Source: Zancudomyces culisetae HAW-14-8 (Eukaryota; Fungi; Kickxellomycota). From it: DNA of 64,000 nucleotides. Of this stretch, positions 45,153-56,962 are shown one piece after another. Every line of letters starts with the position of its first letter. The stretch's first letter is position 1. The notes beneath the pieces are model-generated. The model did not search any database and was not told the DNA's origin. It worked only from the letters and a program-made list of their open reading frames with translations. Position numbers and translations under genes: made by a program. The stretch lies in the NCBI GenBank assembly GCA_052426225.1, contig JBNJNM010000012.1, forward strand, positions 620,001 to 684,000, given 5' to 3'.

Positions 45153-48100
45153 AATAAGACCTGCTGTACTTAGGTAGAAATTTATTTACCTGTAAGTGTA
45201 TTTGGTTGTAGTGTAGTATAGACCAGTTTAGAGTTTTTTTTATAAATACGAATAAAATAACATTAAATTAAGCAAAGATACATTGAATAAGTGGATAATT
45301 CCAAAATGTCAAATGTACCTGATACATTGCTACCAGGATAATATAACTAAAACCGGGTCTGGTGTAGAAAAGAATCAGGCAATATCATGAATACCAATGC
45401 CATTTTTTTGAACTCAAAGATAGAAAACACTAAATATGAAATAGCTATATACATTTTATATATTTCCTGAAAACTTGGAAACCTAATTTGTTTCGTCTTT
45501 GTCAGCCCACTTTGCTAATCCATGGGGTTGTTTTTTGAAAGTTTTCAAACTAAAACCATTCTCAAAGGGAATAAAAGCGCTGTTATTATGGTTATAACAA
45601 AATAGTATGTAATGTAGCAGCCATATTCCTTGCATAATTTTTAGGCATTATCACTGCTAAACCAAAACAATAAACGCAGCATTCGATCATATCCATATAA
45701 TACTCTTGACGCCGTTATGGTACTCTATTGTTCCCATTGGTTAAAGTTACATATGCCCCAACTTATTCATAGCTGCATACAACCATTCTAGTAAATAACC
45801 CGAGTATAAAGATATCTTACACTATCTGCGTTGATAAAGCTCTTGTATAGCGAAAACTATTTACGGTAAAAAAAATATTATGCAGTTGGATATTCAGACA
45901 TTTATTTCCAGTAAATAGAATTTTTAGAGCATAATTGTGACCACAAAATGCGTACTGATCTTGATAGTTTGCTTTAGTCCTTCTGAAGGGATTATAACTA
46001 CCTTGCTGACTTGAAACTAAATCGTATATCTGTTATACTTTTTTAAAAGCAATGATTATTGAACATAAAACCATAACATCATTAGTTTCATGATTTTAAC
46101 ATTATTTATTCCTCCCTCTATCTTCTTTACTAGCTTGTGATCAGAAAAATTACAGCTATAGCTTCACACCTTCTCTCCTGCTGACCCTTGTGATTCTATT
46201 CAATAACTATTTTGAATGTATTGTTTAAAAAAGGTCTTTTCCTAGGCTGTACCACATGTTTACTACCAACTGTTCATTGCATTTTTATTAACCACTGTCT
46301 TTTTGAAATCTTGGAAGTATTGGGTGATTTATTTGGTTTTCTCAATATTCGTTATTCCGCGCAATTTCCTAAAACTCCGGATGATTTTTAAAAAAGTTCG
46401 TCTGTGAAATATTCCTCATACTTTCTTTCCAAAACCAGCAATGTGTCCTACTACCAGGGCTATTTTTGAGTTTTCATACCATTTGAAAGAGTATATTTTC
46501 AACATACCTATTTTGGGGAATGATGATGTTGCAAAAATTCAATATCCATACTCTGATGAAAAGTACTGTTTTAAAGATGTTCTTAAAAATGTAATTATAA
46601 ATTGTATAAAAGTTCAACCAATCTGGGACCTGGTCTCTTGGAGGAGCGCAACATTTTTAATAAAAAGGCAGACATCGTCTACAAAGATGAGGTTTGAATG
46701 TACATATTCCAGAATAACTCGTACGTTTATTCGCCTTTCTTCTTGGTTTCCCGATTTTTTCGCGAAACTCTTTTTTAATGGGAGTGTGTGTGTGTTGTGG
46801 GTGAATTATTTAATTTGCATTTGAAATCTTCAGATTTAAATTGTGGAGATATCCTAGTTGCACAAGGATGCAGAGGGCGGTAAATAATTGACCTAAAATA
46901 CAATACGCGGTTCTCATACACAAATTTACTGACAAAATATATATTGTGTTTTGGTAATATATGCGCACTTTACTTTGAAAAAAATAGTGCTATAGACAGT
47001 TTTGAGGTTAAGCTGTTGCCAGCATAATACACTTTTAGAGTGTTTCAAGGCTATCTTAAGGGTTACAAGCTTTTATTGGAGTAAAAACTTGACAGAGAGC
47101 TCATGTTAATACAAACAGACTAGAGATGGCAGTAGAAGAAATGCCATGCATTCCCTATGGTTGTTGGTCGTTGGTCTTCTTTAAGTATCACATGCGAGAC
47201 ATTTTTGACATTATTCTTACTGTTTTTGCACTATTCACCACGTCGCACCACACCACTCTCAGATTCTTCCTTTTTTTGTTTTATTTTGCTTTCAAGTGCT
47301 CAAGATTTAGGGGAATCCTAACTCCGCTCCTGCTTGCTGGCCAATACGGAGTAAAAGTAAAGATATAAAACAATGTGATTATTATTTCCCCTAGCATCAG
47401 TTTGCAGACAAAAGGGCAGTTTCCATATCGGAAGAAAAAAACGCCAGCAAATCACAAAACCTGTTCAAAAGATCTTGCAACATCCAATCATTAAGGAAAA
47501 ACTTATTCTATGTTATCTGAGAAACAATAACTAGAGTCACCCGAGCATGCACCTCGTATTAAACTTGTGGTGCTTTGATAAGATCCAAGCATGCCAAAAT
47601 TCAGCTGAAATTATGATTATGTAAACGTGTTTGTCTTTCTTCCACATTTCGCCGATATTTTAATTACAGCAAATGTAAAAGGATTGTAGCAAGGATGTTT
47701 CAGGATAGATTGGTCGCCTGTATCATACCCCCACTGAATTGGGTAGAATTAAGTTTGTGTTGTTGCAATTTGTATTTTCGTTTAAAATCATCAAATATAA
47801 TTTGTGCGATTTGGGCATATAATTCGTCATTTTGAAGCTATTCTCCATGGCTTAAAGGTAAAGTTAAAATAAGGTAGTATCAGGCTTAGATTTAATTTAG
47901 TACAAAACATAATGGTGTGTAACATCAAAGTAAAGTGGCGATCTAATTGGTGAGTATTTCATCAAATCTATGAAATTCCTCCTATAAAATACCATCTCCA
48001 ATCGCAGTGTTAACCAAAACAATATTCCAGTTCTCATAATTAAATCAGTATCCAACAAGAAAAAAAAACATCAACACTGATACAAACTTGAAAATGAACA

Positions 48101-48346
48101 AGAAAAAGTGGTTAAATTTGAAGTATAGCTAAAAGTGTGTTCATACGCTAACTCACAAAACCCTATAAAAAAATATCACTACAATACAAGTGTGAGTATA
48201 ACTCAGTCCTCACTATAAATAGGTAGATCACTTTCCATTTGGAAAATACATATTCAAAGAACTAGCCTTTAAAAAAACAAATACCGAAGCGGTTTTCGTG
48301 AGGTTGTTGAAATTAGTATTAATATATATCTGAAGCAATAAATACA

Positions 48347-49648
48347 ATGTCTGACCTGTATGGATGTGCGTTTCCTGCCCACTTGGGAAAGGAACAACAA
48401 GACCTTTATGAAGCTGAAATGGCGGCGGTAATGGAGGCAGCCAAAAAGTCTTTTCTGGAAAACGGTCCCACACTGCCATCATGGACGCTAGAAGCGCAGG
48501 TAGCGATTACTCGAGCGAGGGCTGAAGTTGTGCGATTGTTGAAAAAGTGCGCTTCAATTGGAATGACACCAGAAACGTTTGATGCTGAGAAAATTGGTAC
48601 ACTTTTTAAGCCTTTGAGAACATTTACTGCACGGAGTATTGAAGAAAAGGGAAAGTTTGAGAGACACATTTGGAAGATAGAGGCCGATAACCTGTTTATT
48701 TCACCAAAGGAGGTATTTGACGAGCTCGCAGAAAGCGATAAAAAACTAGCCATGGAATCAAAGCCAAGGGAGCTATATACTGAAGTAGTAGTTTCAAACG
48801 AATTTGTGAAAGCAGCTGAGGAAAAAGGAATTGATTCTAGCAAGCTCTTAGGAGTTGCTCCATTGTCAGAAAACGAAAAAATTATTATACACTATCATGG
48901 CGGAGGTTTTTGCATTGAAGGACCAGCAATATGTCGTGGTCTTGCTGCAGATCTTTCCAAGGAGACCGGATACCGTGTGTTTCTTCCTAGCTATAGATTA
49001 GCGCCCGAAAACCCATTCCCAAAACCAATTTATGACGGATACTTGTTCTACAAGCACATGCTTAATTTGGGCTACAAACACGAAAATATTATCATTTCAG
49101 GAGATAGTGCAGGAGGTAATATGTGTCTTTCAATTATGGTAAACCTTAGGGATAGTGGAATGCCACAGCCAATGTGTGCAATTCTACACTCACCTTGGGT
49201 AGACTTGAACTTACCTGGAGAAAGTTATGTGAGAAATGTGGATTTGGACTTTATTTCACAAGAGAGACCAGAAAATATCCTTTGTCATGTACGTATGTAT
49301 GTGGCACCTGGTAGAGAATACGACGACCACGTAAAGAAAATGTTGAATGATCCGATGGTCTCACCCACATTTGGCGATTTCACAGGTGTTGCACCTATGA
49401 TGATAATAACAGGAGAGGTTGAGTTGCTAGTTGATGATACCGATATATTTGCACACAAATTGGGCCTCAAGGAACGGTTCATCTCTGGAAGAGAGCACCC
49501 AGGGGCTATTGAGGGAGCAAAAAATGTATATGAGAAATATGCTGGAATGGGCCATATTTTCTTTTTCATCGAGGCAGCAAATGAGAAACATGCATGCATT
49601 AAGGGTATAGGAAATTACATTAGGAACATTGAAAGCCAAAACTCATAA
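48347..49648 (+). CDS. Alpha/beta hydrolase, HSL (GDXG) family esterase/lipase
   Basis: HGGGF oxyanion motif, YRLAPE, GDSAGG nucleophile, SPWVD, GEVELLVDD, MGH. Confidence 0.93.
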   Translation: MSDLYGCAFPAHLGKEQQDLYEAEMAAVMEAAKKSFLENGPTLPSWTLEAQVAITRARAEVVRLLKKCASIGMTPETFDAEKIGTLFKPLRTFTARSIEEKGKFERHIWKIEADNLFISPKEVFDELAESDKKLAMESKPRELYTEVVVSNEFVKAAEEKGIDSSKLLGVAPLSENEKIIIHYHGGGFCIEGPAICRGLAADLSKETGYRVFLPSYRLAPENPFPKPIYDGYLFYKHMLNLGYKHENIIISGDSAGGNMCLSIMVNLRDSGMPQPMCAILHSPWVDLNLPGESYVRNVDLDFISQERPENILCHVRMYVAPGREYDDHVKKMLNDPMVSPTFGDFTGVAPMMIITGEVELLVDDTDIFAHKLGLKERFISGREHPGAIEGAKNVYEKYAGMGHIFFFIEAANEKHACIKGIGNYIRNIESQNS

Positions 49649-50783
49649 TCAAATATGTCCCAGCTAAATATTTGATACCAAATAGCGCAGAGCATTATTT
49701 TTTTATCTTACATTTATCGCTTTTAATTCTTTAATTATGTTATTGTCAAAGTTTAACACTATAATTTTCATTACTGCTTGTCGTATTGGCATGCTGCTTG
49801 ATAAAACACGTATTCTGGATTTAGTACTAAGGAAGGATAACGGCACAGGTCAGCTAAGCTGGAACATATTTTAAAACAGGATTTATTTTTTGTTCATGAA
49901 TCGTGTTAGTGCCTAAAACTACACTCGAATAGTGATATTTCGAATAAAAAATAAAAGAACAGTAGAATGCGTTCTTATAAAGTCTGTAGGTTTGCCCATT
50001 AACGACTAGTTAACCAAGCAATTTTAATGGTGTTCGGTTGTTAACACCGAGTATTTGTATTTTTCTAGCTATAGCCGAGCAAAAAAAAGAGTAGATGATC
50101 AAACTTTTATATGTTGTGAAGCATTTACCTAATATTCTGAACCAATTTTTTTTATTCTGACATGGATAATCACAGGTTAAAGAATATAACAAGGAAGTTA
50201 GACGAGAAAGCAACTTGCAAGTTGCTTAGTAGCGATCAGCGTAATGTAAAGCGAATGGTGTTTAACTAGATATGAGATTGTATCACTTAATTCAGTATAT
50301 CTTTAGATTTTTGATTAAAATGCAGATTTACAGATGGACAAGCCTCGTAACATTCTTCAGATTAATCACGTTCTATATCGTGATAAACAGTTCAACATGT
50401 GAATGAGTGCAGTAGACAGACATATTCAAAATTCCGTAAATGTGGACTTGGATACAATTGGGATAAACGAAAAAACAAACGTCTTTTGTCAACTGGACTA
50501 ATCCGGAAAAGCTATTCGCCAAAAGTGCATTCAATGATGGTTTGTCCAATACTTTTTCTCTATTATTGTGAAAAATACCAAAACAATTATTTACATTCCC
50601 AGCAAATAATAATCTGAGTTTTATTAGTAACAAACAACTTTTTACATGATTAAGGTTTAATGTGAAAGGGGGTAGAGTGTTTGAATCAGAGAAAAAAATA
50701 ATAGGGAAATGAAAAGAAAACTAAAGAAAAATATTAATAGTAAAAGACACAACTAGTAGAGCTAACAGACTGTTTTCGAGAAA

Positions 50784-52911
50784 ATGGTTGTGCAAAATTA
50801 CATACAAAATATATCGGACCAACTCCTCGGCGGAATTGGAGCAGATCAAGTGGTGATCATATTGATCCTGTTTATTTCGTACCCCTTGGCTATGGTATTC
50901 CGAAAGATTCCAAATGACAAAAAATGGCTTAAGAACGTTTACAGTTTTGTTCCGAGTATTTTAATGCTGCTTTTTCTGCAAGAGCTTTATGTTGGCTTGG
51001 TACATTTACTGGTACATTGTGCTATAGTGTATATAATGATTGCTAATTTGAGAGGGAAAGCTATGACGTATTCGGTTTTTATATATTCAATGATACACAT
51101 GTCATACAGGTACGAGTTTTGGTGTATTTTCTATATATCTCTTACGAGTAAGCTAAAACAACTAGAATTTGTGTTGTTTAAAAGGAAAAAAAAAGTGATG
51201 AGTGATTTGCTATCGATAATAGCCAATACCTTCGCCAAATTTCGGAAGTCGATCAAACGCGGTACGATCATACGGGGCCACAGATGCTACTCGTAATTAA
51301 GTTTACGTCGTTGGCATTTTCTTTATATGATGGAAGAGACAGTAAAAAGGTAGCTTTCCGTAAACGACACCCTCATTATTAAAATATCAGAAGATAAGCA
51401 TTTTACGCAAACCTTTGTGCTATATATTTTAGAAATTGACACCATATGGAATGAAGAACAAACTAACTGCGCCACCTGGAATCCTTGAATATTTGGGATA
51501 TGCGTTTTTTTTCCCAACTCTCAATACAGGTCCAACATTTGAGGTAATTTATGCAAGCTGTATGATTAATTCGAACATAAAGTATAATAATTACGCATTA
51601 TTTTACTGGAAATAAATGTCTGAATATCCAACTGAATAATATTTTTTTTACCGTAAATAGTTTTCGCTATACAAGAGCTTTATCAACGCAGATAGTGTAA
51701 GATATCTTTATACTCGGGTTATTTACTAGAATGGCTGTATGCAGCTATGAATAAGTTGGGGCATATGTAACTTTAACCAATGGGAACAATAGAGTACCAT
51801 AACGGCGTCAAGAGTATTATATGGATATGATCGAATGCTGCGTTCACTGTTTTGGCTGGCAGTGTTTTTTGTGCTTGGTGGGCATTTTCAATTTTCACAA
51901 CTTCTCTTAGGAGCATTTGGTGGTTATTCGCTTTCATACAGGTAATCATACTCGATAGTTTACTATTGATATATATTTTTTGTTTGAAAGCTACAATAGG
52001 AGAAGGAGCAGTGTCTATTAAATGTCGGAATAACTCAAACACCTACTGATGAAAGAAAAATCTAAAAAATTTAGGTTGTTTTATATTTACATGTGCGGAG
52101 TAGTAGCAAGATCAAAGTTTTATATTGTGTGGAGACTTTCCGAAGGCGCGAGTGTTATTTCAGGCCTGGGTTTTACAGGGTATAACCAGGAAGATGAACC
52201 AGAATAGTAAGTTTTTTTATTTTTAATACCTCTAATATTTCGGCTAATGATTATTCAACTTTGGCTTATATGCTTGCTTTGAAGTAAAAGAAAAAGGATT
52301 GAGATTATTAAACAGGTGATTTACCGAATGTTACAACTTGTAGTGCGCCTCTTGCTAATGTTAAAATCTCCAAAATCGAACTTGCCTCCGACCCAAGAGA
52401 ATTCATAGGTGCATGGAACATTTGTACTAATACATGGCTGAAAGAGCACGTTTATATTCGTTCGTTACCCCACGGAAAGAGATCGAGTAGAAGATCAACA
52501 ATATTAACATTTTTGGTTTCGGCTTGGTGGCATGGATTTTATCCCGGGTATTACCTGACATTTGCAATAGGTGCAGTAATATCTAATACATCAAGAGATG
52601 TTACACGACTCATGAAACCGTTCTATTCAGATTCCCAATTCTTGGGGAGGTACCACAAAACTTTCCGCGTGTTTTATAATGGCTTATCGATTTTTGTAAC
52701 ATCCTGCATCATGTCATTTGCCATGATACCTTTCTTTTTACTGAACATTAAGGATAGCTGGGAGGCATGGGGAAAATTCAATTACTATGTGATATTTGAC
52801 TTGATTATAGTTAACATATTACTTCATTTATTTGGAGGAAAAGCTTACATCAGGAGACTTCAAAGGAAATACTTGAATATGCAAGATGGAATCTCGCAAA
52901 AGCACAAGTAG
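50784..52911 (+). CDS. ALE1: MBOAT lysophospholipid acyltransferase (Ale1/Slc4-like), ~7 exons
   Basis: Spliced motifs DHTGPQMLLVIKFTS, EYLGYAFFFP..TGPTFE, WRLSEGA...GLGF, WNICTNTWLK..VY.R, SAWWHGFYPGYY. Confidence 0.88.
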
Positions 52912-53457
52912 AGGAGGATATATTGGCGCTTCTACAATTGGTTATTTGGATAATTTTTCTAGATCTGTAAATTTCCCGATGGCATAGCTTTGCAAGTTGT
53001 TTAGTTGTAGCTGCTGCTAATACTATTGCTTTGTATTCCTGCCATCACCTATTTAATGTATCTATGAGTAAAACAAATACATTATAATCATGACATGTCA
53101 AGGATGCTTTGCATTATGTAGGCTATTTGGAGTAAGGGTTTGAGTTCGACCCTCTCAAGTAATAAGCTAATCAATTCGTCAAAATGTTTTGGCGTTTACC
53201 TAATCCTGATTGGGTGTTTGCATTTTTCATGAAGATAGAAATTATGGTAAAATAAGATTGACATTAGAGTAAATATTATTGTTTGGTTCGTTTAAAAGTT
53301 TGTTTTCCTTAAGAAAAAAAAATAACAGCGGTAATAAATTGTAGAAAATAGCAACAAACCTAATAATCCAAAAAAGAATAGTTGAATCATTTCCAATATA
53401 TCAACGCTGGGCATGGACTTTTGAAATGATGATAAACAAATTACTATTCTGTGCAAT

Positions 53458-56400
53458 ATGAACGATCTCGGTCATAAGTCTGTCAAGAATTTGCCACAAA
53501 GAAAGCTACAAACCCTGCTAAATTTTGGAAGAACTAACCACGAAAACGCACCGCTCCGGTGCATTCCGGTTATAAACGAGAAAAGAGGGAGAGGGAGACC
53601 TCGGAAAAATGCGGCTGTTATCACGGAGCTTGGAATCAACAAACAACGGGCAGTGGTCGAGTTCAGGAATGAGAGCAATTTGATTGTAGAAAAAGAGCAG
53701 CATTTTGAAGTAGAGAGCAATGCAGATAGATCAGAGGATGTCAAACCGTTTATGCTCAGGGGTCTCTTGTCTTCTACCGAATGCTATGTCTGCGGTAAAA
53801 TATTTAGTTCGCATAGCATAGTCAAAATGACACTACATATTAACAACTGTTTAGATTTGCAACAGGAGGAATTAACGCAACAAATTAAGATTCTAAGGCA
53901 AAAAAGTCAGTTGGCTATACGAGAAGCTGTAAAAAGCAACGAAAAACAGAAAGAAAATACCACAGGAAACGTGACAGGAGGTGTGATTTTGCAGGAACAG
54001 AGACACACGGGTAGAGTTTGCACTGCTGTTCAGAAAAGAAGTAGGTTTGATGCGACCGAGTGGGACGAACAAGAAAACCAGACGAGTCCTGTGACTAAGC
54101 GCGCTAAAATGTGCTCTCCAAACATGGGTCTAAAGGGTAGCTGTGAGTCTGATGGTTTTTTTGCGGGAGACCATTTTGTACAGCATAAACAAAGGCATGA
54201 TCGCTGTGATTCGTTAACTACAATAAATCGTATAGGTGTAAATGCACGCGTTGACAAGTATAAGTACAAGGTAGAGGTGGTGATATCAAAGAGAAGGAGT
54301 AATTCTGGAAGTAGAAGGCGGGCAAAAAAGGTAATCTGCAGCAGCGATTTTTCAGATGATCTCTCCGAACTGGAGGGTGCAGAGCCGAGTAAAAATATAC
54401 CACAACTTGATAAGGACACTGAACCAGTTATTTTAGATGAATACAGTGGCGAAAAAAATGAAAACACTATTCCAAAAATGGATATAAACGACAGTAGCAC
54501 CATTACAACAGAACTGGAACGGCCATTTGAGAACATTCAAAATGCCCAAGACCAGGTTATTTTGTCTGAAAAAATGGATCACGAGGAGCTTGAAATGGTG
54601 GTGAATGATGCAGGAAACACAATAAAGATTCTTGAGATGAACGAAAAAGATAGAAATGATGGCAATAGTAACCAAGAATTTATCAGCGACATGGATGCGG
54701 AGGAGGTTCAAAGAGAATTGGCAAAGGCTGTATCTTGGCATAGAAGTGCAACGATAAGCGAGGTTAATTCAAAGCAAGGGGTTGGTGGTGGGATAAATAT
54801 GTCGAGTAGGTACAGAAAATGTCCTGAATACAAAAGGATTCCGGAAACCGGGTTTGTGGTAGATGCGTTCAGTTATGGTAAAATAGAGGGTGTGACAGGG
54901 TACTTTTTGACACATTTTCATTCAGATCATTATGGCGGGCTTACGGCTAAGTTTAAACACGGAATAATATACTGCTCAAAAACAACGGGGGATTTGGTGG
55001 TTAATGTACTAAAAGTAGAGCCACAGTTTGTATGTAGATTGCCTATGAATTGGCCTATACTTATAGAAAATTCAGTGGTGACTCTGATTGATGCCAATCA
55101 CTGCCCGGGGTCAGTAATGCTTTTTTTTGATACATTAGGGTACGAGCGTGAAAGAAACATTGATTTTGGTTGGGAAAGCCATGAAAAGGAAATAAGGAGA
55201 GAACGTAGTTTACATACAGGCGATTTTAGAGCCAGTCCGTTTCATGTATCAGCGCTTAAAAAAACAATTCAGGTCTACAATAGCATAAATCTTGTAAAAT
55301 TAGGATCCGACCTTTCTATAACCAACAGGAAGATATTTGGGTTTTACCCACTGGTAAAATTGGAAGATTGCGAGGTCAAGGATGAGGAGGTGATGGATGA
55401 ATTGCCACCAACAATGCATTTGATTAACAAGCTGTACCTAGACACAACATATATGGACTCAAAATATGTTTTTCCTGCTCAGAGACAGGTAATAGATGCG
55501 GTTGTAGATTTATGCAAGGTGTTGAATTCGGGAGATAGAGCCACGCAGCTAGCAAGAAACAACAATATACGGTATACTAACAAAACTATAGTAAAATCCT
55601 CGCACATGACGACCGAAAGGCCAAGTGCCGAGCTTGTGTATGTCGAGCCACTGACAAAATACTTTGGAAGCGTAAAGAAGAAACTGAATTTGTTGGGACA
55701 TACCGACTCTAAGAACACTAAACAGAGACGGAGGAAACGAACGTTATTTGTGGTTGGAACCTACCTTATAGGCAAGGAACGGTTATTTTTGGAGGTTGCA
55801 AAGTCACTACATTCCAAAATATATGTGGATAATACAAATTTCGGCAACAAAAAAATGATTATGCAAATTGTTCTAGAGCCGAAAGACGCATTGCTGCTTA
55901 CGGATGATCCAAGCATGGCGCAGATTCATGTTGTTAGCTTGCATTCGATTAAGAAAGCAACAATGGCAGAATATCTAGCTAAATACAGCGAATATTTTGA
56001 CTATCTAGTGGCATTTAGACCGACTGGCTGGACATTTCAGCAGACACATCTAAACAAGTATGGTCATCCAAATGTTGCTGAAAGCGATTTTAACCCATAC
56101 AGGAAGCGACTCGACATACCCATTGTTGACGAGAGAAAACGGCTGTACGAGTACATAAAAACCACCATGAAGACAGGGTATAGACAGCCCATGCTTCTAA
56201 GCTATGAGCTGGGAAACCAGTGTGTTCCCTCAAACTTTTTGTCCACATCAGCCAAAAATATAAGTGAATTCAGTAAAGATTCTCTTAAACCGCTTTCGAG
56301 AACCGACAACGTAGTGATTTTTCCGGTTCCCTACAGCGAGCATAGTTCGTTTAGGGAGTTGGCATCGTTTATTTGTAGCATTAATGTAGATACTATAATA

Positions 56401-56835
56401 CCAACTGTATTTAGCAACGCCAGCAGAAACACTAACACCAATACTAGTAGTGGTGGTAGTGGAAATACTGGTGATGCTCAACCTTCAGCTCATAGCCATA
56501 GCCATAAACATAAACATAGCCATAAACATGGTCATAGTCATAGTCGTAATAATAACCATAACCAGAGCTATGGACATGGAAACAACTATGGAAACATGAT
56601 GGCGATCTTTCAGCTTTGGAATCTAGCAAAGACTCAAGTCGAATATTCCAGAAACCAGTTTTTGAGCATGTTTAGCGAGCTTGGACGTCCAGAGGCTTTT
56701 GCCAGATACTTTCAATCCCACGGCATTTGTGGTGACACTGAAGAGTCCCTCCCAGATAACCAAAATATCGGTTTACTGTTTCCTGAAAAGGCTGTCCTAA
56801 CTATTCCCGCAAAGGCCAATGGTCAGTATTGGTAG
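53458..56835 (+). CDS. PSO2: DNA cross-link repair nuclease SNM1A/Pso2 (MBL-beta-CASP)
   Basis: AT-hook KRGRGRPRK, UBZ CYVC...HINNCLD, VDAF, THFHSDHYGG, ANHCPGS, HTGDFR, YLDTTY, PTGW, VPYSEHSS, IIPTV. Confidence 0.92.
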   Translation: MNDLGHKSVKNLPQRKLQTLLNFGRTNHENAPLRCIPVINEKRGRGRPRKNAAVITELGINKQRAVVEFRNESNLIVEKEQHFEVESNADRSEDVKPFMLRGLLSSTECYVCGKIFSSHSIVKMTLHINNCLDLQQEELTQQIKILRQKSQLAIREAVKSNEKQKENTTGNVTGGVILQEQRHTGRVCTAVQKRSRFDATEWDEQENQTSPVTKRAKMCSPNMGLKGSCESDGFFAGDHFVQHKQRHDRCDSLTTINRIGVNARVDKYKYKVEVVISKRRSNSGSRRRAKKVICSSDFSDDLSELEGAEPSKNIPQLDKDTEPVILDEYSGEKNENTIPKMDINDSSTITTELERPFENIQNAQDQVILSEKMDHEELEMVVNDAGNTIKILEMNEKDRNDGNSNQEFISDMDAEEVQRELAKAVSWHRSATISEVNSKQGVGGGINMSSRYRKCPEYKRIPETGFVVDAFSYGKIEGVTGYFLTHFHSDHYGGLTAKFKHGIIYCSKTTGDLVVNVLKVEPQFVCRLPMNWPILIENSVVTLIDANHCPGSVMLFFDTLGYERERNIDFGWESHEKEIRRERSLHTGDFRASPFHVSALKKTIQVYNSINLVKLGSDLSITNRKIFGFYPLVKLEDCEVKDEEVMDELPPTMHLINKLYLDTTYMDSKYVFPAQRQVIDAVVDLCKVLNSGDRATQLARNNNIRYTNKTIVKSSHMTTERPSAELVYVEPLTKYFGSVKKKLNLLGHTDSKNTKQRRRKRTLFVVGTYLIGKERLFLEVAKSLHSKIYVDNTNFGNKKMIMQIVLEPKDALLLTDDPSMAQIHVVSLHSIKKATMAEYLAKYSEYFDYLVAFRPTGWTFQQTHLNKYGHPNVAESDFNPYRKRLDIPIVDERKRLYEYIKTTMKTGYRQPMLLSYELGNQCVPSNFLSTSAKNISEFSKDSLKPLSRTDNVVIFPVPYSEHSSFRELASFICSINVDTIIPTVFSNASRNTNTNTSSGGSGNTGDAQPSAHSHSHKHKHSHKHGHSHSRNNNHNQSYGHGNNYGNMMAIFQLWNLAKTQVEYSRNQFLSMFSELGRPEAFARYFQSHGICGDTEESLPDNQNIGLLFPEKAVLTIPAKANGQYW

Positions 56836-56962
56836 CTCTTCATTTTTTCCTTTTTGACAGTCAATTTGTGTGTTTGTATATATTTCATTTGTGTAAATAT
56901 AAAATGCTTAGAAAACATAAAAGCAAAAAGAAAAATGCTCAAATAAATAATGTAAAAGTGTA

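Noticed and set aside
46441-47368. Short ORFs (127 aa, 80 aa) in the kelch-esterase intergenic region
   Set aside because: No recognisable motifs or splice structure, consistent with chance ORFs.
53130-53160. tRNA-like GAGTTCGACCCTC
   Set aside because: No D arm, anticodon arm or acceptor stem can be formed.
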